From contig CM069164.1 of NCBI GenBank assembly GCA_035221665.1, positions 17,856,001-17,920,000 on the forward strand: DNA of 64,000 nt, written 5' to 3'. Source of the DNA: Okamejei kenojei (Eukaryota). Positions 24,861-38,579 of this stretch are shown here, piece after piece. Under the pieces are notes generated by a model, which did no database searches, was not told where the DNA came from, and was given only the letters and a program-made list of their open reading frames with translations. Position 1 is the first letter of the stretch. Each line of letters starts with the position of its first letter. Both the position numbers and the translations under genes were made by a program.

Positions 24861-27408
24861 ATTTTAATTGGACTTTCTTTATGAAAAAGTTTGGAATCAA
24901 CAAAGAATTTAGTCTGAAATGCTTTCTGGTCTAATTATTTTAAGACATTTCTCATGCAAAATTTGTTCTGTATCTGAGGTTTAGCAGCTATACCTCAGAT
25001 AGGAAGCTGCATCTGATTTCATATTTTGATGGTTCACCATAAATTGTCAATGTACTTCTTTCACTAATTGCATTGATGTTCATATTTTCTCCTAAACTTA
25101 CAAAATGCACTGTCAGCTGAACTTTTCTAAATCAATAAACCATTGCACAGTTTAAATCATGTAGCCTAAATTTGAATTTTGCTCATTAGAAGGTTGATAG
25201 TGGAATTAGAAATTCAGTATTTTAAACAATTAAGAAGCTTGTCAGAATAGGTTTACATTGGGAAAGTTACAACATTTTACTTCAACCTATTTGAAAACGA
25301 TTGGTGGAGAAAGAATATTTAATAGATTTGCCTCACTGCACAACTGAACCGTGAAGGTTATGACAAAATTAGACCAGTATAGTGCAGTATAGTGGGATAA
25401 CTAGGTTTTTTTCAAAGCTTCAACTCAAATTGACTGCTGGATAGAAAGCCTCTGCATTCAGACAGTTGTAACTGTCAGAAGTAAAATTAGTTATTGTGTT
25501 TCCGAAGAAGGGTCTCGACCCTAAATGTCGTCTGTCAATTTCTCTCTACAGATACTGCTTGACCCACTGAATTCCTCCAGCAGTTTGTTTTTGCTGAAGG
25601 TTCCAGCACCTACAGTTTCCTGTAGCTCTATTGTGCTGTTTCTGCCTTGTTTCAGTACAAAAATCTCCTGAAAGTTATCAGCAATTGAGATGACTACTTC
25701 AATTCCTTCAGTGAGCAACTGTGTGAATGCCAGCACAGGGATAGTTGATGGGGTTTATTGGTATCCTGATGGACACAGGAATTTCATACAAAGCCTTTAA
25801 CCATTCATGTGCTGGTTTCTGGAGAGGAGAATTTCAAGGCTACAGGAAAGATGTGCAAAATAAACTCTTCGATCAGTATGAAAGGAAACTTACATGACTT
25901 TTAAAAAAAGAACCAGTTTAAAAATTGAAAAACCAAAGTGTAGGACTTTGGCTGTTTAAATCAGCAACAAGGCCATTTTTTCTCTCGAATGGCGATAGGC
26001 TGACGAGATGGGCCGAGTGGTCAAATCCTGCTCTTGAGTTGTATGTTCCTTTGTTTGTATGTCTAGTTCTTTGTTATTTCTGTTTCTGGTAGTTACATTG
26101 GGCTGTACGGTCATCACTGCTCACATTTACCTTGGTGAGATGTCAGTTGTCAACCAAGGTGACCCAACTACCCAGGAGCCTCTGTAGCTGGGCAGGGTGG
26201 GGGGAAGAGGGGTGGCATCACCTCAGCCACGGGGAGGACTGAGCCAGTGCTCTCCCCACTGACAACGTATGATCAGAGACATTTGTGGAGAAGCCTCACC
26301 TTCTGCCAACTTGCTGAAGCTTTTGTAATAGATTTTAAATATTTTTAACAGAGAGAGAGAGAGATTTAAAAGCTGTCAAGATTACTTACAATGATCATTT
26401 TAAAAAAGCCGGATCAAAATATAAGCAAAATCAAAAACATATTTACATACTGATAAATTATTTAAAGCGTTAAAGTAAATTAAAAATCATGTTATTTTTC
26501 AAGCTTTCTCCTCCGAACTTCCAGCCAGAAATTCCCACTCAACCCTATGGAGCTTCCTATACTGTGCCCCCTTCTGTTGATCTAGAGTGCGAGTGGGAGA
26601 TTCCCTAGCATTGTGCTGGGGAGGAGTTGATGTAGGATTGTTGGTGTAGGGGTGTGTGAGGATTGTTGTTAGTGTTGGTGTTTGTCGTTTTGGTGTGAGG
26701 CTGTTGGATGGATTGAACTCCTGGGTTGTAGGTGGGCCCTGGTGGTGCAGGGTTGCTGTTGGTGACGCTGCAGTTGATGCAAAGGGCTGTTGCTTCAGTA
26801 GTTGAAGAAAGTTGAGTATCAGAGGGTTGTTTTAGTGGCTAGTAAAAACATCCTGAACTCTCAGTGGATTCTCACTAATCTTTCAGTGGTAGTCAAAGAT
26901 GCACTTTAAGGTGTACTATAAAAAATCTTATATTAAAGTTTAAGACACATATTTTAGATTTTGTTGTACTTCTCTGCAGCAAATATGAGCAATTGAATGT
27001 GGAGCATTGAATGATGGTAAGGCACTGATAATCTCTCCATCCTTGCAGATGAACACTCTAAATGAGGTATCCTCCACTCCACCTCATGCCCCATACTAAC
27101 TGGAACCAAAAACAGTGGGTAGTCCATGTGGCTTGGTTTTCTGGGATCAATACTTGAGGCTGTGCATCTGAAAATTTCTGGAATTGTCAAGGCCTCATGA
27201 GTTCAATCTCAAAGTGTTGTAAATTGGTGAATGGGTTTCTAAACTTTGCTCAGTTAGACAACAGTATGAGCTTTGGAATTGAAATATTTATTCCTCTTGT
27301 TGTTCTCAGATCATCTGATGGTGCCAAGAAACTTGCAATGGCATTGTTCCCACCAGTTTTCTATAATGTTGTTAATTAATGCGTGTTCTTGAATTCTTCT
27401 GCCTGTAG

Positions 27409-27556
27409 CAATATTTCCATGCTGGAGGAAATGGCTTGAAGAAGACATTCCTGGAGAAGAGCCCCGACTTGCTGTCCTTGAAATACGCACTCAGCCTCTA
27501 CACCCAGACAACAGATACCCTGATTAAAAAATTTATCAACACTCAGTCTTCACAAG
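27409..27556 (+). CDS. unc13c: unc-13 coding exon E (148 nt)
   Basis: cctgtag| ... |gtaaga; [49 protein letters not shown]; ends in phase 1. Confidence 0.96.
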
Positions 27557-28694
27557 GTAAGATGCAACAAAATGAATATTAAACTCCAATGTACAATGAT
27601 TATGATTAAGTTAATTAGGGCGTACTGTGTCCACCATGAGGTGCTGATTGTTTCTTTCTTCAGTTAAAGCTAACATTTCATTTAAATGGTATGAACAAAT
27701 TCCCAGTTTAAAAACTCTCACAAAATACCTTGAAATGTCATTTACGTTTTGGCTCGATTAAGTTAAATATTGATTACAAAACTTGAATAGATTGTTGAAA
27801 AGGTTTGTTGTTTCTGTGTGGTTGTCACAGAGAGTAAGTGGGCCTTTAAGGGCTGTTCATCTTCACTGCATATTCATAGTAAAATGAAGGGAGCTGTACT
27901 GACTGAGTGAGAGCACAATTTGGTGTTAACATTACACACACCGATATCTCAGCACCACATAAATAGATGCAATTCAACCTCTGAGCAACAGGTCTTGGTG
28001 AATAAGGCCGTGCCAACCAAAATGAATGAAATAGCAGAAAGCAGTTTTTATTAAAAGTAAACCCAACAGCTGTGTTTATATTAGAACAATAGAACGTCGT
28101 GCTATCCAAGAATATAATAGAAACATAGAAACATTAAAGGGAACTCAGCATCTCAGTGAAGAATAATATCTGACTACTCACTAGAGCAGGCGGTGTGTGG
28201 CAATATTGGAATATTATACTGAAACAGTGAGAATAGTACAAATAAGAAATTCACATTTGCAAACACAAGTAATTATCCCAAAGTTTTATAAAATTGATAT
28301 TTGATTATTAATTTTGGGGTCCAAAATATGTAGTTGAAGTTGCTGATCTGTGAGAAATATCGCAGTTTGAGCAGATCTCCTGACGCCAACTCACAGAAAG
28401 TGCTGGCTCCAATTTCAGCAGCAAGTCTCTGCGCCAAGGCAGAGTTCACAGTGTTAAACTCCAGCACAGGCTTCAAGCCCAATCACTAACTCAGTGCAAG
28501 AACATTTGACCTTAGTGAAGCCAAGCTACTGACATCCGAAATGTTAAATACTTTGCAAAATTATGAACCTTAATCAACTGTAAGAAATGGATAAATGTAC
28601 TAGTGGGACCCGTTGGGTCCCAGCTTCACACGGGAGGGCTGGTCCCCCAATGCAATATTCCACCTCTCCACCAATTCCAATATTGCTGGTCAGT

Positions 28695-28748
<54 letters not shown>
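28695..28748. repeat. poly-G tract (~54 nt)
   Basis: Direct reading; length may be affected by sequencing error. Confidence 0.85.
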
Positions 28749-28749
<1 letters not shown>

Positions 28750-28862
28750 GCTTTCTGAAGTGCTAGCATGGGTGTTGTGGGCCAAAGGGACTGGTTTCCA
28801 GAGGGCTAGTATGGACATTTTGGGCACAGGCACACTCACGCAGATGTACAGACACATATACA

Positions 28863-28864
<2 letters not shown>

Positions 28865-28939
<75 letters not shown>
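28865..28939. repeat. (CA)n microsatellite
   Basis: Direct reading. Confidence 0.95.
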
Positions 28940-28941
<2 letters not shown>

Positions 28942-31261
28942 ACTCACTGACTCACAAACCATAAATATGACAGTAAACTTTCTTGAATGCTCACACGGCT
29001 GAGCGTGGCTTCTCCACTTTGGGGCTTCCACAGTCAGCGGCACCACTGCACTTACCGGAAATAAGGCAACCAACGCAACCTCTGCACTCACCAGAAATTA
29101 CGCAATCAGCGCGACCTGTCTACGAAGCGGAAGTAACGAAATGGGTGGGACTTTTGAACCAAACACAGTCAAACCTAATAAAGCATTTATTCCTTCCAAA
29201 CACAGTCGGACCTAATAAAGCATTGCATTTTCAAGCACAGGCAGGGCAGCAGGCCAAACAACTCATGGCATTGTCATTAAGGGCTAACAAATCATTTATT
29301 GCATGTACATTGCAGTTCAGTTGATTCACAGCTTAAAATGAAAGTCGTGGCCTCTCCCTCGTGATCTTGCAGAGTGACTGAGTCATGTCCAGGCATCCGG
29401 GGTTTTATAGTCCTGCCCCCACCCACCCCCTGGAAGGGGCGTTACCTGCATTGATTAACAGGCGAGAGGATCTCAAGGTTTTATTAAACACTCATAACAT
29501 TTTTATTTTTCATCGATGAGAAAAATTCTCAGGGCCTGCTCAGTGTAGGAGGACTGTGAGTAAGATGGCCAAAAATAACGGCGATACAGGGTAGCGTTTT
29601 TTTCTAAAATGAATATACAGTGCAGACGGGAAGTGGTCAAGATGAGACTTTTAATTCTATAGATAATAAATGTATTAAACGTTAAAACAAATTAAGGTAC
29701 TAAAACATTCAGTACAAAGAATTAAATCTAAAAATATAGTGTAACTCCAACAATCCACTCTCCAGTCATTTGGAAATCCGGGTGCTCGGTACCTGGGTAT
29801 CAGTGATGTTTGCAATGTCCTCTCACCTGGGTCCCAGTTCCCACCCTCACCAGCAAACCACTGGGCCGGGTATCCACACTCACCGTCCACACACCAAGGC
29901 CCCACTTCCCACACTCACCATCCATTCAACGGCCCTAGTTCTGGCATTTCCTAAGCACTTGCCAGAGCTCTGGTTCCTGCCCTCAATGGTTAAATAGCAG
30001 TTCCGGCCATGAGGCAAGATGGAGATAGCAGACAAGTTGGGGTTATATTTAAGATGAGCATGGTTGCTTGAGGGTTTATGGTAGGCAATACCTGTCTGGT
30101 ATCAGAATGTAGAATGTCGACTGCTTGTTCCCTTCATTATCAACAGAGTAATCCTTGACTATTATTGATGTCGACTATTATTGCCCTGAGATCCGTAATT
30201 ATGTACACTTACCACCATTTTTATTTCATTCAAACTATGAGTTTATCTTACATAAAATCTTGGTGTCACACTCATAATAAAAAATTACCTATTCATTAAT
30301 AACTTAACAATCAAAGTTATGAATTATACTGGTCACTAATTCAGAATGTACAATCCATCTGTTAAATCCACAAGAGCAACAATTAAAGTGGTCATTAAAT
30401 AAAGTTGTAAAATGTAATGAGCTCAAGCTGAAATTTAATGAACAAATTTGTTGTAAAATAAATTTATGTGGCATTCGATGAGGTCAAATTAAACTGATAT
30501 GTGTAAGTACCGATAGGTATGTTTGATCCTATAGAGCAGCAGCGTATACAAGGAACCAAAGGCAGTGAGAGCTCAATGTCAGTGCCGCAGTCACAGAGTC
30601 TGGAAGATAAGAGGAATGAAAGTCAGCTTTCCAACTCTGCATTATGATTATTTCAAAAACGTGGTAGAATAGAACGCAGAAAAAATTAGTTCGAGGAAAA
30701 AACTCTGCTCTTTAAGCTACCTGCGCGTACTGCAATTTCACAAACTTGCTTCTGTTCTAGTTTTCTGTATTCAGAGGTAGCTGGAGAAATCATCTTGAGA
30801 ACCAGAGACCACCATGATTGGAGCAGGGAAAGCTTATCGGGGTGGGCGGTGCCTCATCTGGAGAGCAACTAATATTTTTTACTGGGCTTCTGCATGGAAC
30901 TGACGAAGGGACTCGGTGTGATCCTGAGGACTCCTTCTCCATTTTCAGGGATGAAGAACTATGGGCTCCCAGGAATTAGTGGGAAATCACATATTTTAAG
31001 GAAGCCATGAAAACTGTTTATATGGTCCAAACCCGGCAGGTGGGACAAGTGCACATGGGGTATCTAGGTCGGCATGGGCAAGTTGGGCTGATTGGCCTGT
31101 TTCTGTGCTGTGTATCTCTATGACTAGAACAAGCTGAATTATTTCCTCTGACCTCCTGATAAACCTGCCATGATGCAGCTGAGAATGGAGTGTCAATTCG
31201 TGAGCCTGGTGTTGGACATGTGAATGATGTGACCAGTTGAATGGAGTTAACATTTTCTCCA

Positions 31262-31477
31262 TGTGACCACGTAGGCTTCCTCTGGATACTCCAGTTTCCA
31301 GATATGTCCAGATATGTAGGTTAATTGGCTTCTGTAAAACTGCCCCTAAAAGTGTAAAGTGTAAATGAGAAAGTGCGTAAACTAGCGTGAACTAGTGTGA
31401 ACGGGTGAACAATGGTCGGTGTGGACTGAGTGGGCCAAAAGGCCCGTTTCCATACTATATCTCTAAATTAAACTAAA
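31262..31477 (+). mobile_element. 5'-truncated V-SINE/HE1-like SINE
   Basis: GTAGGTTAATTGGCTT...GGGCCAAAAGGCCCGTTTCC...CTAAATTAAACTAAA. Confidence 0.7.
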
Positions 31478-31595
31478 TGTTACATTTTTTATATTTCTTA
31501 AATTCCAGTTGATTGTGATTCAGTTATGATTTTGATATAATGTTTTAAAGTGGAAAGTAAAATGTCCCAAGGTGACATAAAACTCCAGCAGATAA

Positions 31596-31870
31596 ATTCA
31601 ACCTATTAAATCTGTATCGGCATTGAACTTCTGCACAAGTATTCATCCTTCATGGTGGCACAGCGGTAGAGTTGCTGCTTTACAGCAAAATGCAGCGCCA
31701 GATACCCGGGTTCGATCCCGACTACGGGTGCTGTCTGTATGGAGTTTGTACGTTCTCCCCGTGATCTGCGTGGGTTTTCTCTGAGATCTTCGGTTTTGTC
31801 CCACTCTCCAAATACGTACAGGTTTGTAGGTTAATTGGCTTGTTTAATCGGCTTGATAGAAATGTTAAAT
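31596..31870 (+). mobile_element. V-SINE/HE1-like SINE with 57-nt 5' extension, 3'-truncated
   Basis: Head GGTGGCACAGCGGTAGAG...GGGTTCGATCCC; leader 31596-31652 shared with the copy at 40015-40377. Confidence 0.85.
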
Positions 31871-32039
31871 TGTCCAAGTTGGTGATATGCAGAGTATTGT
31901 CCTGCCGACTACAAAATTCAGAAGGTTCAGAGGGTTCTTGGAAATCTGACATTATTTGCAGATGTGTTAAAGATGCATAAAATTAAAAATGCTCAAAATT
32001 GTCAATTGATTGTTAAGCTTCATACTGATCTGGCAGCAA

Positions 32040-32352
32040 CATAGAAACATAGATGCAGGAGTACGCCAATCAGTCCTTCGAGCCAGCACCGCCATTCAAT
32101 ATGATCATGACTGATCATCCAAAATCAATACCCTGTTCCTGTTTTCTCCCCATATCCCTTGATTCCATTAGCCCTAAGAGCTATATCTAACTCTCTCTTG
32201 AAAACATCCAGTGAATTGGCCTCCACTGCCTTCTGCAGATTCACAACTCTCTGGGTTAAAAAGTTTTTCCTCGATCAGTCCTAAACGGCCTTATTCTTAC
32301 ACTGTGATTCCTGGTTCTGGACTCTCCCAACATGGGGAACAATTTTCCTGCA
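32040..32352 (-). mobile_element. CR1 LINE 3' end
   Basis: Reverse complement of the 3110-3445 segment, starting with a catagaaacatag tail. Confidence 0.88.
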
Positions 32353-32558
32353 GCAAGTAATGCTGAATAAACATTTTGTTGGGTTACATATACTCACAAC
32401 AAAATATGCATTTATTTTAGGGCTAAATTACCTTCTCTATTTAATTTTCTGAAATAAGGAAAGCCTCCTCTTGGGTCAGGTACTGAAAGTGTAAGATGAT
32501 TACTGTAAAGTGAGAAATGTAGAATATCTGGAACCTGAATAATAAATAATAATCTTAT

Positions 32559-33015
32559 GTGTAGGAAGGAACTACAGATGCTGGTTTACACCGAAGATAG
32601 ACACAAATAGCTGGAGTAACTCAGTGGGACAGGTAGCATGTCTGGAGAGAAGGAATGGGTGACGTTTCGGGTCGAGTCCCTTCTTCAGACTGGTTGGGGA
32701 TAAGGGAATCGAGAGATATAGATGATGATGCAGAGGGATAAAGAACAATGAATAAAAGATATGCAAAAAAGTAACGATGATAAAGGAAACAGGCCATCGT
32801 TAGCTGTTTATTGGGTGAAAACGAGGAGCTTGTGCGACCAGCTTATGCTGTAGCTTGCTTCTTATTTGGTGAACCAGCCTCTCATGAGGGACCTTATCGA
32901 AAGCTGATTAAGCCAAAGATAGACACAAAATGCTGGAGTAACTCAGTGGGACAGGGAGCAACTATGGAGAGGAGGAATGGGTGACGTTTCGGGTTGAGAA
33001 CCTTCTTCAGACTGA
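32559..33015 (-). mobile_element. Tandem pair of Penelope-derived repeat units, each with a hammerhead core (32661-32688, 32983-33010)
   Basis: gacgtttcgggtcgagtcccttcttcag and gacgtttcgggttgagaaccttcttcag in the same orientation, 322 nt apart. Confidence 0.75.
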
Positions 33016-34124
33016 GAATAAAATCTTATTATGAGTGAAATAATCTTACATCTGTAAACACTTGGTTGAAATTGGTTGAAATGTATTCACTGGACTAAGA
33101 GCAGAGGGGAAATTAGTGTGGATGAATTCAATGGCAAATTAGTTACAGAAAGAAATAGGGAGCAAAATTGATTGACTCAATAGAGAGAAAGAACAAGAAC
33201 ATAATTTGATGTTTAAATTTGCAATGACATTTAAAACTCAAAGGGATGAAATGCTATGCATATAAATCAATTTCTAATGCCAGACCGTTTGAATGGCAGT
33301 AACTGAGACTTAGGGCATTGTTAGGACTCAATTTGGCTTACAATTGACAAGATACACTAACCTCACATCATCCATCAGTTGTGAACCAGATAGTTGTGAT
33401 GTTGTTTCATGCACCGAGAAGGTGAGCAGCACAATTTAGACGCAATTCTGGAATATTCCAGTTTAACTGTACTTTTTTCAGGTGCCTTATTTGTTCCCAA
33501 ATAAAAATGAGGCTCATTAGCCTCATTATATTGAAGATAGACACAAAATGATGGAATAACTCAGACAGCATCTGCCTGACCTGCTGAGTTACTCCAGCAT
33601 TTTGTATCCATCTTCGGTATAAACCAACACCTGTAGCTCCTTCCTACAGAGCATCATTATTGTCTGATCCACAATCTTATGCAAAGGGAATTGTCTATGT
33701 TTTAAGCTGTATTACTACAAGGGATAAACATTTGTTGTCCAACAAAAGCATCAGAATTATTAAAGAGATTCATTGCTGATTTGCCTGTAAACTCTTCCTG
33801 CATTCAAAATTATGTGGGAGATGACAAATTTCTTAAATAAAACTATCTTCCCATAACAAAAATGACGAGAGGCTTCAACTACATTATGTGACATTCCACA
33901 TAGAAAACCTGAACAGCAAATGCTGATTTATCAAATTACAGTAAAACTATAATAATCAACTATCCCAATTTTGTTGACTTCCTGAAGATTCACTATCAAC
34001 AGGTGATGTTTCCTGTACTCACTTTCTATTCTCTGGGCCCCAATTCTTGCAATTGCTTCCCCCTCACTGGGACCCCAGTTCCTGCTCTCCCTCCCCCCTC
34101 ACTGGGACCTCAAAGGCACTCAAT

Positions 34125-35385
34125 AAACAATAGACAATAGGTGCAGGAGTAGGCCATTTGGCCCTTCGAGCCAGCACTGCCATTCAATGTGATCCATGAT
34201 CAGTACCCCGTTCCTGCCTTCTCCCCATATCCCCTGACTCCACTATCTTTAAGAGCGTTATCTAACTCTCTCTTGAAAGCATCCAGAGAACCGGCCTCCA
34301 CCACCCACTGAGGCAGAGAATTCCACAGACTCACAATACTCTGTGTGAAAAAGTATTTCCACATCTCCGTTGTAAATGGCTTGCCCCTTATTCTTAAACT
34401 GTTGCCCCTGGTTCTGGACTCCCCTGACATGTTTCCTGCCTCTAGCGTGTCCAAACCCTTAATAATCTTATATGTTTCAATAAGATACCCTCTCATCCTT
34501 CTAAACACCAGAGTATACAAGCCCAGCCGCTCTATTCTCTCAATATATGACAGTCCCGCCATCCCGGGAATTAACTTTGTGAACCTACGCTGCACTCCCT
34601 CAATAGCAAGAATGTCCTTCCTCAAATTTGGAGACCAAAACTTCACACAATACTCCAGGGGTGGTCTCACTAGGGCCCTATACAACTGCAGCAGGACCTC
34701 TTTGCTCCTGTACTCAACTACTCTTGTTATGAAGGCCAACATGCCATTCGCTTTCTTTACTGCCTGTTGTATCTGCATGCTTACTTTCAGTGACTGATGA
34801 ACAAGGACCCCCAGATCCCGTTGTATTTCCCCTTTTCCCAATGGCACCATTTAGATATTAATCTGCCTGCGTGTTTTTGCCACCGAAGTGGATAACCTCA
34901 CATTTATCCACATTAAACTGCATCTGCCATGCATCTGCCCACTCACCCAACCTGTCCAAGTCACCTTGCATCCTCATAGCATCCTCTTCACAGTTCAACT
35001 GCCATCCAGCTTTGTGTCATCTGCAAATTCACTTTAATTCCTTCATCTAAATCATTAATATATATTGTAAATAGCTGCGGTCCCAGCACCAAGCCTTCCG
35101 GTACCCCACTAGTTATGTCTGCCATTCTGAAAGGGACCCGTTTATCCCTACTCTGTGTTTCCTGTCTGCCAACCAATTTTCTATCCATGTCAGCACCCTA
35201 TCCCCAATACCACGTGGTCTAATTTTGCCCACTAATCTCCTATGTGGGACCTTATCAAATGCTTTCTGAAAGTCCAGGTACACTACATCCACTACATTCA
35301 CTTGTCCATTTTCCTAGTTACATCCTCAAAAAAAATTCCAGAAGATTAGTCAAGCATGATTTCCCCTTCATAAATCCATGCTGCC
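34125..35385 (-). mobile_element. CR1-clade LINE, 5'-truncated reverse transcriptase with frameshifts
   Basis: Minus ORFs VDVVYLDFQKAFDKVPHRRL and GVPEGLVLGPQLFTIYINDLD, plus the 216-aa C-terminal ORF 34200..34850; (CTATTGT)n tail. Confidence 0.95.
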
Positions 35386-35607
35386 TCACTTTGAACTGGT
35401 TCATTGGAAAATTTCCAATTACATAGCAGAACATCTAAAACAATTAATTAAAAGAGTTTTAAAGTATTAATGGAAACAACAAGTGAAGGGGAATTTGAAT
35501 TTTACTATAAATTTCTGGGGTTTCAAATAATTGATTCACCCAGGAAAATGTATAAGATTTGTTCCCTTCAAATTAAAGAGAGAACTATATAAATGTCTGA
35601 ACTATCA

Positions 35608-35800
35608 CCGAAGAATGGTCCTGACCCGAAATATCACCTGTCCATGTTCTCCAGAGATGCTGCCTGACCTGCTGAGTCACTCCAGCACTCTGTAAAATGT
35701 CACCTATCCATGTTCTCCAGAGATGCTGCCTGACCTGCTGAGTCACCTATCCATGTTCTCCAGAGATGCAGCCTGGCCTGCTGAGTCACCCCAGCACATG
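35608..35800 (+). repeat. Penelope-derived repeat with an internal triplication of a ~45-nt tail segment
   Basis: tcacct(g/a)tccatgttctccagagatgc..cctg.cctgctgagtcac occurs three times after a degenerate hammerhead motif. Confidence 0.75.
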
Positions 35801-38544
35801 GCATCTATCCTGGATAAATGTTTAGATTGACAGAAAAGGTTATGTCATAATTCTTGAATATTCAGTCCAGTGACAGAAATATATCGTCTCATCATTTACA
35901 ATTCTATGTAAAATTGCTTTAATATCTGAAGAGTAGAGAGATATATTGTTCAATTAATAAGGATATGGAAATGTTACAACAGCACACTTAACAATTGCTC
36001 AGAGAAGTCTTATCAGTCTCCACTATCCATGAAATGTTGTAGTACATAAAGGGCCATTTGGCACATCAGATCCTTTCAAGTTATTACCTATTTACCTCTT
36101 GTAGTAATACTATTAACTTTAGTCAGGGCTACATCTCAATCATTATACTGTTGCAGTTGTGGTTGGATTAATATTAACCAGTATTTTTTGCTTGATTTAT
36201 TTTAAAACCCAGCACTTAGTTTTGTTTAGATTATTTAACCCGAGTGCTACACAAGGAAAACATCCAACTTTTATGACTTCAACACCCCTCATCTTCCACT
36301 GGAGTAACATGAAAACACTTTGCACTAATTCAAGATGTGCAGTTTAACCACCTGATATATAATGCAGAATCTCCCTGGTGTTGGTGGAAGGGCTGTTCAC
36401 AGTAGTTATTCATTCCAACAACCACATCTCCAGAAAGAAAGTTCTTCCATAAAAAAACAGGTTATCAATGAAACTGCTATAGAAATATAGATTTTTCCTA
36501 CGAATAAGGGTCTCGACCCGAAACATCACCCATTCCTTCTCCCCAGAGATGCTGCTTGTCCTGCTGAATCACTCCAGCAATTTTGTCTACCTTTGATTTT
36601 TCCTACATTTTGGGCTTATTCACATTAAATGCAATCTTAAATCATCATGGGGATCCCAAATCTTTTAAAACTGTCAAGAGACCAAGAACTCTTGTGCAGA
36701 TTCAATTTCTTTGGGAAGACTGCAGTGGCATTTCTTCCAGGAATCCACTTTTATCAAAACACAGAGCATTGAATTTCATTATTACATTTTAGTTCTGTTG
36801 CACATAGACTATCCATGTGTTATGAGCATTCTGCTTATGGACACTGCTGTATACAAATGAGCTCCCATAACATTATTAAATCCAAAGGTACAACATACAT
36901 AGTTTCTACAAGTGACAGTACTAGTTTTCTTTATCTCTCCACTTTTAATAAATGTTCTTTCTTGTCAGCCTTATGTGCTTCTGATGCCATTCATTACAAC
37001 ACTGGGGAGATAGATACTATATTGAGTGTTTTTGCATTTTGCTGACATTTTGACTAAATCATCTTATGGACGTCTGTAAAAAAGGAAGCCCTTCTTTATC
37101 AATGGGTGGCCTGTAATGTCTGCCTGTAGAGAGAGTCACCATCAGGAAAACTATACTCATTAGTAATATCACATTCACACTAAGTTAAGTCCATTCCTGA
37201 GGTATTTTAATAATTATTATCAAGATGCACAAGATTCTTGTCTCTTACTCACAGTCAGGTATATCACATTGGTGTACTTTCAAACAGCATCCTGCTCGAA
37301 ATTCAGACCACGACCTCAAGATTAATACTTAAGATTGAACCTGAAATTGCTGTCACCCAGGCTGTCACTACCTGCTCTTGACTCCCACATTTGCCACCCA
37401 GGGAAGTATGTATGTGCAACATTGCAAGAAGAGCCCATAGATAGGGGATGTGATACCTGATTGAACCGGGCAACAAATCACCACAGTTAGCTTTAAGTAT
37501 TGGGAAGTAAGCAACGGAGGATCTAAGAAGGTGGCGATCTAAAAAGGATACTTTGTATTGATTCCTCGCAGAATGAGTAATAAGAGTAGGAAGGAAAGAC
37601 TGATTCAAATGTAAAAGAAGAAATGTTTGACATATTTGAAATGGTCTCAAAGTTCAAAAAGCCTGAAGAAATAATACTATGCTTGTAATATTTAATATTT
37701 AATGCAAGAGGTTGAATGGCACTAATTAATGTTTATCCCATTGTTGAACGAACACTTACTGTATGCTACTAATTAGTAATTTTAACTATCTGCATTGTTT
37801 TAATTTGCGCCTGCAGACAAATCCAGAAACTTGATGTTATTAAATGTGAATCAGCAGTGAGGCAGACTGCAGAAAGACATTTCAGCACAGTAAGAGCAGA
37901 GCAGTGGAGACGCATGGGTCCACAGATGCAGAGATCTGGAGCACCAAACAATCGGTGGGTCGAGCAGCATCTGTGAAGTGAAAAGGAATTGTCAGCATCA
38001 CGGGTCAAAACCCTGCATTAGTCCTGAGGCAAGGTCTTGATTCAAAATATTGACAATCCCTTTCCCATCACAGATGCTGCTCGACCCGCTGAGTCCCTCC
38101 AGCAGATAGATTGCTGCCAGTAGCAGAGCAGTAAGGACTTAGTGCATGCTTCGGTTTAGCCCACCTTGCACGTCCTTAGTCTACACCTGGCAAAGGTTGA
38201 CATTGTTTGCAGATGAGAGTTCCTGGAGAAAGTATCTCTTTGGACTATTTTGTTAAATTTAAAGGGATTATTTTCTGTGACATATGTGTTTTTTTACAGT
38301 CTGGTCTAACAGAACCTGTTGTGGATGGCCCCCATTGCAAAATATACAAACCATTGGTTCAGAAAGATGATGGGAAGGGATGCCCCTGTTATATGTGAAT
38401 GTTGCACTACAATGTCCAACTGCGACCTTGCCAGTTGTAGCTGGGAATTCCTGCTTAAACATGGAGACATACACAGGAAAGGGTCAACAAAGAATTGATA
38501 GAAAGATGTTCTCTGTAACTATTTTCTGGGAAAGTCAGCCTCCT

Positions 38545-38579
38545 CCCCCCCCCCACCCCCCCCCCCCCCCCCCCCCCCC
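38545..38579. repeat. poly-C tract
   Basis: Direct reading, with one interrupting A. Confidence 0.85.

Larger units (their letters stand above)
28600..29663 (-). mobile_element. Non-autonomous Helitron
   Basis: On the minus strand it begins TC(TATAGAATTAAAAG) at 29663 and ends in a hairpin TGGGACCC-AAC-GGGTCCCA plus CTAG at 28600; inserted between A and T; internal poly-G and (CA)n. Confidence 0.72.

Noticed and set aside
26600-26830. GT-rich strand-biased tract (similar one at 38670-38870)
   Set aside because: Low complexity with no period or ORF support
28613-29091. Poly-Gly, HT-repeat and CV-repeat ORFs
   Set aside because: Translations of the poly-G and (CA)n tracts
31653-31725. tRNA-like A/B boxes as a tRNA gene
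   Set aside because: It continues into the SINE body, has an insertion in the anticodon region and no proper acceptor stem; it is a SINE head
34345-34797. 150-aa plus-strand ORF
   Set aside because: Antisense shadow of the CR1 ORF2
35608-35800. Repeated units resembling a CRISPR array
   Set aside because: Eukaryotic TE-tail triplication without unique spacers or cas genes
38300-38398. Strong acceptor-like tttttttacag followed by an open frame (SGLTEPVVDGPHCK...) as a candidate alternative unc13 exon
   Set aside because: The intron requires phase 1; that frame hits a stop, there is no good donor, and it does not resemble the cassette exon known at this position in UNC13A/B
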